Source: Myxococcota bacterium
Lineage (GTDB): Bacteria; Myxococcota_A; UBA9160; UBA6930
Length of the DNA: 64,000 bases
Direction of reading: 5' to 3'
NCBI GenBank assembly: GCA_965223415.1
Contig: OZ245002.1
Coordinates: forward strand, 5,216,001-5,280,000
Position 1 is the stretch's first letter. Each line of letters opens with the position of its first letter. This document shows positions 36,560-48,631 of this stretch, one piece after another. The notes under the pieces were generated by a model. That model saw only the letters and a list, made by a program, of their open reading frames with translations, had not been told where the DNA came from and did not search any database. The position numbers and the translations under genes were made by a program.

Positions 36560-36587
36560 GGGCGGAGGGTATCCTCTGCCCATGCTC
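36554..36587. promoter_or_regulatory. Symmetric bidirectional leaderless promoter
   Basis: GAGCATGGGCGGAGG-GTAT-CCTCTGCCCATGCTC. TATCCT (+) and TACCCT (-) each lie 6 nt before an ATG. Confidence 0.65.
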
Positions 36588-37028
36588 GTCGGCATCCACC
36601 ACACCGCGCTCTCGACGCGGGACCTCGACCGCTTGGTCGCCTTCTACCGGGACCTGTTCGGGTTCGAGGTCGAGTTCGACTTCCCCTGGGACGAGGCCAA
36701 CGAGGCCTTCCGCACCACCCACGCCCAGCCGGAGACCCGCGGCCGCGTGGTGATGCTCCGGCACGGCGATCACCGCCTGGAGCTGTTCCAGTACGAGAAG
36801 CCGGCGCCCTGCCCCGACATCCCGAACCGCCAGAACGCGGACCTCGGCATCTGCCACTTCTCCTTCGAAGTGAAGGACATCGAGGAGGAGATGGCGCGGC
36901 TGCACGCCGCGGGCATGCCCTTCCAGAGCGGGCCGGTGGCCCAGGCGAACATCAAGAACGCCTACGGCCGGGATCCAGACGGCAACTTGATCGAGCTGAT
37001 CGAGTTCTTCGAGACCTCGGCCGGCTGA
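36582..37028 (+). CDS. VOC/glyoxalase family protein
   Basis: IHHTALSTRDLDRLVAFY, LELFQY, CHFSF, RDPDGNLIELIE. Confidence 0.93.
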   Translation: MLVGIHHTALSTRDLDRLVAFYRDLFGFEVEFDFPWDEANEAFRTTHAQPETRGRVVMLRHGDHRLELFQYEKPAPCPDIPNRQNADLGICHFSFEVKDIEEEMARLHAAGMPFQSGPVAQANIKNAYGRDPDGNLIELIEFFETSAG

Positions 37029-37064
37029 CGTCACCCACCGGAGCTTCCGAAGCACCCACGGGCG

Positions 37065-37448
37065 ATGGAAACCCGAACGCTCCTGGTAGTGGACGACTCG
37101 CAGGCGGTGCGCGAGGCGCTCTGCCTGCTCCTCCGCTCCCGGGGGCTCCCGGTCCGCGCCGTCGGGACCCCGAGCGAGGGGCTGCGCGAGGCCCGCCGGC
37201 AGCGTCCGGCGGCGATCCTTGTGGGCCACAGCCCACTCGGAGGCGGCCCCCTCGGCTTCGGAGCCCGACTGCGAGCCGCACCCGAGCTCGGGGACGTGCC
37301 GGTCGTGGAGGTCGCCCGGGTCGACGAGATCGTCCGGGAGATCGCGGACGGCTGGGACCGCTGCGGCTCCGCGGCGCGGGATCTGGTCGCCCGGCTCCGT
37401 CCCTACACGGGCACCGGGCTGCTCGGCACGAGCCCTCTCGCCACGTAA
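37065..37448 (+). CDS. Single-domain pseudo-receiver protein
   Basis: LLVVDDSQAVREAL...RPAAILVG (Gly at the phospho-Asp position), DVPVV. Confidence 0.65.
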   Translation: METRTLLVVDDSQAVREALCLLLRSRGLPVRAVGTPSEGLREARRQRPAAILVGHSPLGGGPLGFGARLRAAPELGDVPVVEVARVDEIVREIADGWDRCGSAARDLVARLRPYTGTGLLGTSPLAT

Positions 37449-37490
37449 CCTCCCGGGACACCCGGCATCGGATGGGCCAGGAGGAACACG

Positions 37491-37937
37491 ATGTCCGTTC
37501 GTCTCGCCCTGTCCGCCATCCTTCTGCTCGCGGCCTCTCCCGCGCTGGCGGTGGATCCCGTCTACACCGGCCGCTTCAGCTCGCTCGCGGTGAGCGGCTA
37601 CGACCCGGTCGCGTACTTCACCGAGGGCCGCCCGGTCGAGGGCACAAGCGATCACACCCTCGAATGGAACGGCGCCACCTGGCGGTTCGCCAGCGACACG
37701 AACCGCGCGGCCTTCCAGGCCGACCCGGCCGCCTACGCCCCCCAGTACGGCGGCTACTGCGCCTGGGCGGTCAGCCAGGGCAAGACCGCCTCGGCGGACC
37801 CGGAGCGCTGGAAGATCGTCGACGGCAAGCTCTACCTGAACTACAACGCGGCAATCCAAGAGCGCTGGGAGAAGGACGTCCCGGGGCACATCACGCGCGC
37901 CGACGCGAACTGGCCGGGAATCCTCGCGGGCGAATAG
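37491..37937 (+). CDS. Secreted YHS-domain protein
   Basis: Signal peptide; GYDPVAYF, YAPQYGGYCAW, DGKLYLNY. Confidence 0.9.
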   Translation: MSVRLALSAILLLAASPALAVDPVYTGRFSSLAVSGYDPVAYFTEGRPVEGTSDHTLEWNGATWRFASDTNRAAFQADPAAYAPQYGGYCAWAVSQGKTASADPERWKIVDGKLYLNYNAAIQERWEKDVPGHITRADANWPGILAGE

Positions 37938-37962
37938 GAAGACGTGGTACATGTGGCGGGGC

Positions 37963-38874
37963 ATGAGCCCCGCCGCCCCCGTGATCCTCGAAGCCGCCCT
38001 CAACGGCATGACCTCGAAGGAGAAGAACCCCCACGCTCCGCGCGAGCCCGGGGAGATCGCCCTGGACACGTTTCGCTGCCTCGACGCCGGCGCGGCCATC
38101 ATCCACGCCCACAACCGGGACATCGCGCTGACCGGCGAAGCCGCGGCGGCCGACTACCTCGAGGCCTGGCGACCGATCCTGACCGAGCGACCCGACACGC
38201 TCTGGTATCCCACCCTCGGCATCGCCCCGGACATGACCGGCATGATGGCGCACCTGGCCGTCCTCCAGGCGGAGGTGCCGCTGCGCATCGGCGCCTTCGA
38301 TCCCGGCTCGACCAACATCGGTGCTCCCGGCGCGGACGGGCTTCCGGAGGGCGGCGTCTACGGCGTCTCTTACGACGCGGTCCGCACCGGCTTCGAGACC
38401 TGCCGCACCCTCGGCCTCGGCCCGAGCCTCGGCATCTACGAGGCCGGCTCCCTGCGCACGACCCTGGCCTGGCACCGGGCCGGAAGGCTCCCCCGCGGCA
38501 CGATGGTGAAGCTCTACTTCGGTGGCGAGTACGGCCTGATGGGCACGCAGCCGGGGGCCACCTTCGGCCTGCCGCCCACCGAGCACGCGCTCCTAGCCTA
38601 CCTGGACCTCCTGGAGGGCACCGGGCTCCCCTGGTCCGTCTCGGTCTGGGGCGGCGACCTGATGCAGACCCCCATCGCCCGTCTGGCCCTGGAGCGCGGC
38701 GGCCACCTGCACGTCGGCGTGGAGGAGTTCTACTCGCCGGATCGCTCGCCTTCGAACCTCGAGCTGGTGCGGGAGGCCGCGGAGCTCGCGGGCAAGGTGG
38801 GCCGGCCCCTCGCCAGCTGCAGCGAGACGGCGGAGCTGCTCGACCTCCCCCCCGCTCGCCAGGAGGCCCCGTGA
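37963..38874 (+). CDS. Beta-keto acid cleavage enzyme (BKACE/DUF849)
   Basis: ILEAALNG, AGAAIIHAH, GGHLHVGVEE, SNLELV. Confidence 0.88.
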   Translation: MSPAAPVILEAALNGMTSKEKNPHAPREPGEIALDTFRCLDAGAAIIHAHNRDIALTGEAAAADYLEAWRPILTERPDTLWYPTLGIAPDMTGMMAHLAVLQAEVPLRIGAFDPGSTNIGAPGADGLPEGGVYGVSYDAVRTGFETCRTLGLGPSLGIYEAGSLRTTLAWHRAGRLPRGTMVKLYFGGEYGLMGTQPGATFGLPPTEHALLAYLDLLEGTGLPWSVSVWGGDLMQTPIARLALERGGHLHVGVEEFYSPDRSPSNLELVREAAELAGKVGRPLASCSETAELLDLPPARQEAP

Positions 38875-40115
38875 CCGACGCCCCGGGCGCGCTCGCCCGC
38901 TACCGCATCTGCGACTTCACCGGCCAGCTCGCCGGCGCCGGCGCCACCAAGTGGCTGGCGGCCTTCGGCGCCGAGGTCATCCGCATCGAGGATCCGGTGC
39001 GCCAGGGCAGCTGGGACATCCTGCGCGCCATGCCGCCCTACGTCGACGAGCGCCGCGGCATGGACTTCGGCGGCGGCTTCAACAACCACAACGTGGGCAA
39101 GCGCGGCATCACCCTGAACCTGCGCACGGACAAGGGCAAGGAGCTCCTGGCCGAGATCGTCAAGCGCTCGGACGTGGTCTCCGAGAACTTCGCCGCCGGG
39201 GTGATGGAGCGCTTCGGCTTCGGCTACGAGCGGCTGAAGGAGCTGAAGCCGGACATCGTCTACGTGTCCAACTGCGGCTTCGGCCACACGGGCCCCTACG
39301 CCGCCTACAAGACCTGGGGCCCCATCGTGCAGGCCATGTCGGGCCTCACCTTCACTTCCGGCCTGCCCGACCAGCCGCCGGCCGGCTGGGGCTACTCCTA
39401 CATGGACCACACCGGCGGCTACTACATGGCGCTCGCGATCCTGCTGGCGCTGGTGCACCTGGAGCGCACCGGCGAGGGGCAGTGGGTGGACCTGTCCTGC
39501 ACCGAGGCGGGCCTCACCCTGAACGGGCCGGCGCTCCTCGACTACAGCGTGAACGGGCGCGGCTTGCGACGCGAGGGGCAGCCCCACAGCAACCGCAACG
39601 AGTGGCCGCCGATGGCGCCCCACGGCGTCTATCCATCTCGGGGCGAGGACGAGTGGGTGGCGATCGCCTGCCGGAACGAGGACGACTGGAGCGCCCTCGG
39701 CGCGGTGGTCGGCGAGAGCTGGACCGGCGAGGCGCGTTTCCGCAGCCTCGCCGCGCGTCTCGAGCACCAGGACGCCCTCGACGAGGCGATCGCCGGCTGG
39801 ACCCGCGAGCGCGACAAGGTCGACGCGGCCGAAGCCCTGCAGGCCGCCGGCGTTCCCGCCGCCGCGGTCGCCCGCCCGGCGGAGCGCATCGACCACGATC
39901 CGAACACGGCGGCCTGGGGCCTGTGGCCGACGGTGCACCACACGAAGATGGGCAACGTCCGCGTGGACGGGCTGCCAGTTCACTTCTCGCGGACGAACTG
40001 GAAGATCGAACGCGGCGGGCCGTGCGTGGGAGAGCACACCGACGAGGTGCTGCGCGAGCTCCTCGAGCTGTCCGACGACGAGCTGGCCCGGCTCCACGAG
40101 GAGGGCGTGGTGTGA
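38871..40115 (+). CDS. Family III CoA transferase (retains catalytic Asp)
   Basis: RICDFT, FGAEVIRIE, NVGKRGITLNL, YSYMDHTGG, PCVGEHT. Confidence 0.92.
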   Translation: MTDAPGALARYRICDFTGQLAGAGATKWLAAFGAEVIRIEDPVRQGSWDILRAMPPYVDERRGMDFGGGFNNHNVGKRGITLNLRTDKGKELLAEIVKRSDVVSENFAAGVMERFGFGYERLKELKPDIVYVSNCGFGHTGPYAAYKTWGPIVQAMSGLTFTSGLPDQPPAGWGYSYMDHTGGYYMALAILLALVHLERTGEGQWVDLSCTEAGLTLNGPALLDYSVNGRGLRREGQPHSNRNEWPPMAPHGVYPSRGEDEWVAIACRNEDDWSALGAVVGESWTGEARFRSLAARLEHQDALDEAIAGWTRERDKVDAAEALQAAGVPAAAVARPAERIDHDPNTAAWGLWPTVHHTKMGNVRVDGLPVHFSRTNWKIERGGPCVGEHTDEVLRELLELSDDELARLHEEGVV

Positions 40116-41344
40116 GCGTGCTCCAGGGTGTTCGGGTGGTCGAGCTGGCGAGCGAGCGCAGCGGCCTGGCCGGCAAGCTGCTGGCCGACATGGGGGCGGA
40201 CGTGGTGCTGGTAGAGCCGCCGGAGGGCGACCCCTCCCGCGGCCATCCGCCGTTCGTCGGCGATCGGCCGGATCCCGAGCAGAGCCTCTTCTTCTGGAGC
40301 CTCCACACCAGCAAGCGCGGCGTCACCCTCGACCTGGAGGATGCGGAGGGGCGTGCGCGCCTCGTCCGGCTCGTCGACGCCGCCGAGCTGGTGATCGAGA
40401 GCGAGCCGCCGGGACGCCTCGCCAGTTTGGGACTCGACGGCGCCCGCGCCTGCGAGCAGCGGCCCGAGCTGATTTGGGCCTCGATCACGCCCTTCGGCGG
40501 CCAGGGGCCGCGGCGCGACGAGCAGAGCACCGATCTCACCGTCCTGGCAGCGGGCGGACCCGTCTGGAGCTGTGGCTATGACGATCACCGCCTTCCGCCG
40601 ATCCGCGGGGGCGGGAACCAGGGCTACAACATCGCGTGTCACTACGCCGTGCTCTCCCTGCTCACGGCCTACCTGCACCGCCTCGCCACCGGCGAGGGGC
40701 AGTCCCTGGACGTGAACATGCACGCCGCCGCCAACGTGACGACGGAGATGGCGTCCTACCACTGGCTCATCCAGCAGGGGACGGTGCAGCGGCAGACCGG
40801 GCGCCACGCCATGGAGGTGCCCACCCTCGACACCCAGATCCGCTGCGCCGACGGCCGCTATGTCACGACCGGCGTGCCACCGCGCACCCCGAAGGAGTTC
40901 CGGCACCTGCACGAGTGGGTCGTGGAGCTCGGGATCCAGGACGACTTCCCGGAGGCGGTCTTCCTCGAGATGGGCGCCAAGCGGGACGGGATCGACCTCT
41001 CGCTGATCGGCCAGGACGACGAGATCACGGCCATCTTCGGCGCCGGCCGCGAGGCCATGAACGCCATCGCCTCGCGGGTCTCGGCCTACGAGTTCTTCCG
41101 CGGCGCCCAGGAGCGGGGCATGGCCGTGGGCGTGGTCTACGCGCCGGAGGAAGCCTTCGACGACGAGCACTTCCGGGCCCGCGGCTTCGCTGTGGAGCTG
41201 GAGCATCCGCGGCTCGGCCGCCGCGTGACCTATCCCGGGGCACCCTACCGCTTCGAGAAGTCGCCCTGGACACTCCGACGACCGGCGCCGGCCCTGGGCG
41301 AGCACAACGAGGAGGTATTCGCCGAGCTCGAGGCGCCGGCGTAG
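40112..41344 (+). CDS. Family III CoA transferase homolog (partner subunit)
   Basis: LQGVRVVEL, LADMGADVVLVEP, SKRGVTLDL, APALGEHN; no Asp at the catalytic position (GNQGYNIA). Confidence 0.9.
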   Translation: MSVLQGVRVVELASERSGLAGKLLADMGADVVLVEPPEGDPSRGHPPFVGDRPDPEQSLFFWSLHTSKRGVTLDLEDAEGRARLVRLVDAAELVIESEPPGRLASLGLDGARACEQRPELIWASITPFGGQGPRRDEQSTDLTVLAAGGPVWSCGYDDHRLPPIRGGGNQGYNIACHYAVLSLLTAYLHRLATGEGQSLDVNMHAAANVTTEMASYHWLIQQGTVQRQTGRHAMEVPTLDTQIRCADGRYVTTGVPPRTPKEFRHLHEWVVELGIQDDFPEAVFLEMGAKRDGIDLSLIGQDDEITAIFGAGREAMNAIASRVSAYEFFRGAQERGMAVGVVYAPEEAFDDEHFRARGFAVELEHPRLGRRVTYPGAPYRFEKSPWTLRRPAPALGEHNEEVFAELEAPA

Positions 41345-41348
41345 GGGA

Positions 41349-42638
41349 TCAGCTGACGCCGACGTAGCGGAGCGCCACCTCCGTGAGCTCGTCGACGAGT
41401 ACCTCCGGTCGCATGTCGGCGGTGAGTCCGAACAGAGCGGGCCGGTCGATCGAGGTCCGGAGCGCCGCCGCAATCGTGGCCATGGCCCGGAAGAAGGGCT
41501 CGTCACTACCGATGTGGCAGGCCAGCGTGGGCTCGATGCGAATCGCGAGCGCCCGGATCCGGGCCGCCACGGCGAAGTCGAGGTCGCGATGGCGCCGTAG
41601 CAATGCGTCGTCGGACCGCTCCTCCAGGCGAAGCGTGCGCACCGTACCGCCCCAACGACGCCAGCCGTCGGCGTAGAGCTCGATCGCCTCGCGGACCATT
41701 GCCCCGAGGCTGCGGCCCTCCCAGCGCTCCCACACCGCGCGCTCCTCGATCCAGGCCACGCTCTCCCGATGGACTCGGTCCAGGCAGGCGTGGAGCAGGC
41801 CGCGGAGATCCTCGAAGTGGAGCCTGATGGTCTCCGCGTCGACCTGGGCCAGCTCGGCGATCTCCTCCATGCGAATCGACGCGAGGCCTCGCCCGTCGAA
41901 GACCCGCTCGGCGGCATCGAGGATGCGCTGTCGGGTGGCGGCGCTCATGCGATCGGTGCGGGCCCTCGTCGAAGACGGCAGAGCCGGCGCTTCCCTGCGC
42001 GGCTCCGGCGAGCATCCCACGGCGCGGAGCAGCAGGTCGCTCAAGGTGTCGACCAGCTCGTCCGTACCCGCCTCGTCGTCCGGCGCGTGGCGGATCATCT
42101 CCGGCGCCGCCGCCACGACCAGGCGTAGCACCGACTCCACCTCGCCCTCGCGAGGGGACAGGCCGTGCCGCTCGAGCTGGCGGTGGACGAAGCTCCGTAG
42201 CAGATCCATCCGGCGGGCCTGAAAGCGCTCCTCCCGCAGCCGGATGCTCTCGGAGCCGTGGGTCGCGGCGTGGAAGGTGTGTTCGAGCCCACCGTGCTCG
42301 CGGGCCGCCACCACCATCACCCGCACACCGTCGCGAGCAATGCGATCGAGGGAGAGGTCGGCCTGCGCCAGGGCCTCCACCACGCTCGTCACGTGGGCCA
42401 GACGCTCGTCGCAGAAATCCTGGTGCAGGTGGTCCACCAGGACCTCCTTGCTCGCGAAGCGGGCGAACAGGCTGCTCAGCGACACCCTGGCCGTCTCGGC
42501 GATCTCCCGGAGAGAGACGTCGCGCACCTCGCGCTCCGACAGGAGGCCCCGGGCCGCCTGGAGGATGCGCTCCAGGCTACGGCGGCTTCGTTCCTGCTTC
42601 GGCGGCCGGAGGCCCCGGTGTGCTGCGAGCTCGGGCAT
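41349..42638 (-). CDS. Tandem double-TetR regulator
   Basis: Two TetR HTH modules, KQERSRRSLERILQAA...LFARFASKE and TRQRILDAAERVF...IRLHFED, each followed by a ligand-binding domain. Confidence 0.85.
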   Translation of the reverse strand: MPELAAHRGLRPPKQERSRRSLERILQAARGLLSEREVRDVSLREIAETARVSLSSLFARFASKEVLVDHLHQDFCDERLAHVTSVVEALAQADLSLDRIARDGVRVMVVAAREHGGLEHTFHAATHGSESIRLREERFQARRMDLLRSFVHRQLERHGLSPREGEVESVLRLVVAAAPEMIRHAPDDEAGTDELVDTLSDLLLRAVGCSPEPRREAPALPSSTRARTDRMSAATRQRILDAAERVFDGRGLASIRMEEIAELAQVDAETIRLHFEDLRGLLHACLDRVHRESVAWIEERAVWERWEGRSLGAMVREAIELYADGWRRWGGTVRTLRLEERSDDALLRRHRDLDFAVAARIRALAIRIEPTLACHIGSDEPFFRAMATIAAALRTSIDRPALFGLTADMRPEVLVDELTEVALRYVGVS

Positions 42639-42728
42639 CGGTCCCCCGCGCGTGAATCGATCCGATCCAAACGCCGGAAACCGGAACGTTCAAGCCACTT
42701 CGCGTCCGCCCCCTGGGAGGAGCGTGGC

Positions 42729-46199
<3,471 letters not shown>

Positions 46200-46254
46200 G
46201 GTGGAGCATCGGGAGGGTTCGCGTCAACTCGCACCTAGCATCGGCGGCGGCGCG

Positions 46255-46331
46255 TGGTGACCCAGGCAGGATTCGAACCTGCGACCCCCAGCTTCGGAGG
46301 CTGGTGCTCTATCCAGCTGAGCTACTGGGCC
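46255..46331 (-). tRNA. tRNA-Arg(CCG)
   Basis: GGCCCAGTAGCTCAGCTGGATAGAGCACCAGCCTCCGAAGCTGG...GGTTCGAATCC...GGGTCACCA; cloverleaf with encoded CCA. Confidence 0.97.
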
Positions 46332-46385
46332 ACGCGAGGGAGCGGAGCCTACCGGAATCGGCCCCCTGTCGCGAACCGGGGGCCT

Positions 46386-46781
46386 TCAGCGGACTCCGAT
46401 CTCCTCGGTGCCGTGACGCGCGCCCCAGCTCTGGACGATCCCGTCCGGATCGAAGAGGACCAGAAGCGTGTCGTCCCGCTGCTCGTTGCGGGTGAAGGAG
46501 AAGAGGGTCAGGTTGGTGAAGACCGGCTCTTCCAGCTCCAGCGCGTCGACGTTCCGGCGTACGAAGCGGTAGAGGAAGGCGTCGCCGTCGTGCTGACGGA
46601 CGATCCGGTCCGGCGGTCCCAGGACCTGGAGGACCTGGGCCTTGGTGGTGACGCCCGCGGAGAGCACCTGGTCGGGAACGGCGCGCAGCGGCGTCCCGCG
46701 GTAGACGCGGGTGATGCTGCAGCCGACGCCGGCGGAGAGCAAGAGGCCCGCGACGAGGGCGAACAGAAGCGGTCGCCTCAT
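46386..46781 (-). CDS. SmpA/OmlA (BamE)-like lipoprotein
   Basis: Lipobox GVGC; GVTTKAQVLQVLGPP...LLVLFDPDGIV. Confidence 0.75.
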   Translation of the reverse strand: MRRPLLFALVAGLLLSAGVGCSITRVYRGTPLRAVPDQVLSAGVTTKAQVLQVLGPPDRIVRQHDGDAFLYRFVRRNVDALELEEPVFTNLTLFSFTRNEQRDDTLLVLFDPDGIVQSWGARHGTEEIGVR

Positions 46782-47188
46782 TCACGCACCCGGCTCTCGC
46801 GGAAGCCGTGGTACTTCACGACGTCCGCGTCGTCGAAGAAGACCACGAGCAGGTCCGAATCGGACCGGATCTCCAGCATGTTGAAGAAGATCGTCACGAC
46901 GCCGGAGAGGCGGGCCTCGTGGGCCTCCCAGGCCAGGATGTCCGAGAACTGGCGCGGCGCGGCGCCGCCCAGATCGTTCTCCTCGGCCAGGATCAGCTCC
47001 TCGAGCAGCGAGGCATCGGAGAAGTTGGCCGGCGGGCCGAACCAGTCCAGGAGCTCGGCCCTGGTCGTGATGCCGGCGCGGATCTCCCCCACCTGGGCCG
47101 AGTCGAGCCGCGTGCCCTCGGAGTAGGTCCCGATGGCACAGCCGGTCAGCAGGCAGAGCGCTGCGAGGAGCGCCCCCGAGATGCGCAT
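46778..47188 (-). CDS. SmpA/OmlA (BamE)-like lipoprotein
   Basis: Lipobox LTGC; GITTRAELLDWFGPP...LLVVFFDDADVV; ATGA-coupled to its paralog. Confidence 0.75.
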   Translation of the reverse strand: MRISGALLAALCLLTGCAIGTYSEGTRLDSAQVGEIRAGITTRAELLDWFGPPANFSDASLLEELILAEENDLGGAAPRQFSDILAWEAHEARLSGVVTIFFNMLEIRSDSDLLVVFFDDADVVKYHGFRESRVRE

Positions 47189-47259
47189 GGTGAATCCCCC
47201 GGGCCGCAGCCTAGCCCAGATCCGGGCCGCTATGTTCGCCGCCCACCACAGGACCCAGC

Positions 47260-48609
47260 ATGGAACACGCCAGCTCCGGCCTCGACGCTCTCGGCATCGC
47301 GTGGCGCCTCGGCGCCACCCTCTTCTTCGTCGCACTGAACGGCTTCTTCGTGGCCGCCGAGTTCGCGCTGGTCAAGGTGCGCTCGGGCCGCATCGACCAG
47401 CTCGCCGGCCAGGGCCGCGCCGGCGCGCGGGCCGTCCAACACATCCTCGGCCACCTGGACCGCTACCTCTCCTCCTGCCAGCTGGGCATCACCCTGGCGA
47501 GCCTGATCCTCGGCGCTCTGGGCGAGCCCGCGGTCTCCGTGTTGATCCTCGCCGCCGCGGCCGGGATGGGCATCGGCGTGGACAGCGAGGCCGCCTGGCT
47601 GCCCTTCGTCTCCATCGGTCTGGCCTTCGCGGTGATCACCGCCCTGCACATGACCGTGGGGGAGCAGGCGCCGAAGATGTGGGCGCTTCGCCGTGCCGAA
47701 TCGACGGCGATCCAGACGAGCTACGCGCTCCGGGCCTTCACCTTCGCCTTCGGCCCCTTCATCACCGCCATCAACGCCATCTCGAACTGGATGCTCCGGC
47801 TGGCCGGCCTTCCGCCGGACGCCGGCCACGAGGCCTCCCACACCGCCGAGGAGATCCGCAGCATCCTCTCCCTCTCGGCCAGCGCCGGGGCCATCTCGGA
47901 GCGCGAGTACGAGCTCACGGCCAACGTCTTCCGCATGATCGAGCTCGAGGTGCGCCACATCGTCGTACCCCGCATCGACGTCGAGTACCTCTCCCTCGAG
48001 AAGCCGCCCGAGGAGAACCTGCGGCGCCTACGCGAAATGCGACACAGCCGCATGCCGCTCTGCGAGGTGGCGCTCGACACGGTCGTCGGCTTCGTCCACG
48101 CCAAGGACGTCCTGGATCGCACCCTCACCGGCGAGACGCCGGACCTTTCCGCCATCGCCCGCCCCGCGGTCTTCGTGCCCGACACCATGTCCGTGTCCGA
48201 CTTCCTGCTCGAGCTGCAGGGCCAGCGGGCCCACTGCGCCGTGGTGGTCGACGAGCGCGGCACCGCCCTGGGCCTGGCCTTCCGGGAGGACGCCCTGGAG
48301 GAGATCGTGGGGCCCCTGGGCGACGAGTTCGACGAGGACGAGCTGGGCCTCGTGGATCTCGGCGACGGCCGCTTCGAGCTCTCGGGCCGCCTCGCCCTGC
48401 CGGAGGCGTGCGACCGCCTCGGCGTCGCCCTCTCTCCGGAGGAGGAAGAAGCCGAGGACACGATCGGTGGGCACGTCACCGCCCGGCTCGGCCGGCTGCC
48501 GCGCAAGGGTGACACGGCGGAGGTGGGGGACTTCCGGGCCACCGTGGTCGAGGTGAGCCGCCGCCGCATCCAGCGCCTGCTCATGGAACGCACCGCGGAA
48601 GCGGATTGA
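47260..48609 (+). CDS. HlyC/CorC (CNNM-CBS-CorC) family transporter
   Basis: NGFFVAAEFALV, QLGITLASL, GEQAPK, HSRMP, VVDERG, EEIVG. Confidence 0.95.
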   Translation: MEHASSGLDALGIAWRLGATLFFVALNGFFVAAEFALVKVRSGRIDQLAGQGRAGARAVQHILGHLDRYLSSCQLGITLASLILGALGEPAVSVLILAAAAGMGIGVDSEAAWLPFVSIGLAFAVITALHMTVGEQAPKMWALRRAESTAIQTSYALRAFTFAFGPFITAINAISNWMLRLAGLPPDAGHEASHTAEEIRSILSLSASAGAISEREYELTANVFRMIELEVRHIVVPRIDVEYLSLEKPPEENLRRLREMRHSRMPLCEVALDTVVGFVHAKDVLDRTLTGETPDLSAIARPAVFVPDTMSVSDFLLELQGQRAHCAVVVDERGTALGLAFREDALEEIVGPLGDEFDEDELGLVDLGDGRFELSGRLALPEACDRLGVALSPEEEEAEDTIGGHVTARLGRLPRKGDTAEVGDFRATVVEVSRRRIQRLLMERTAEAD

Positions 48610-48631
48610 CGCGCCTCCGGACGCGACCGGA

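Noticed and set aside
37491..37937. YHS protein as a selenoprotein
   Set aside because: The relevant position is Cys (GGYCAW) and there is no in-frame TGA.
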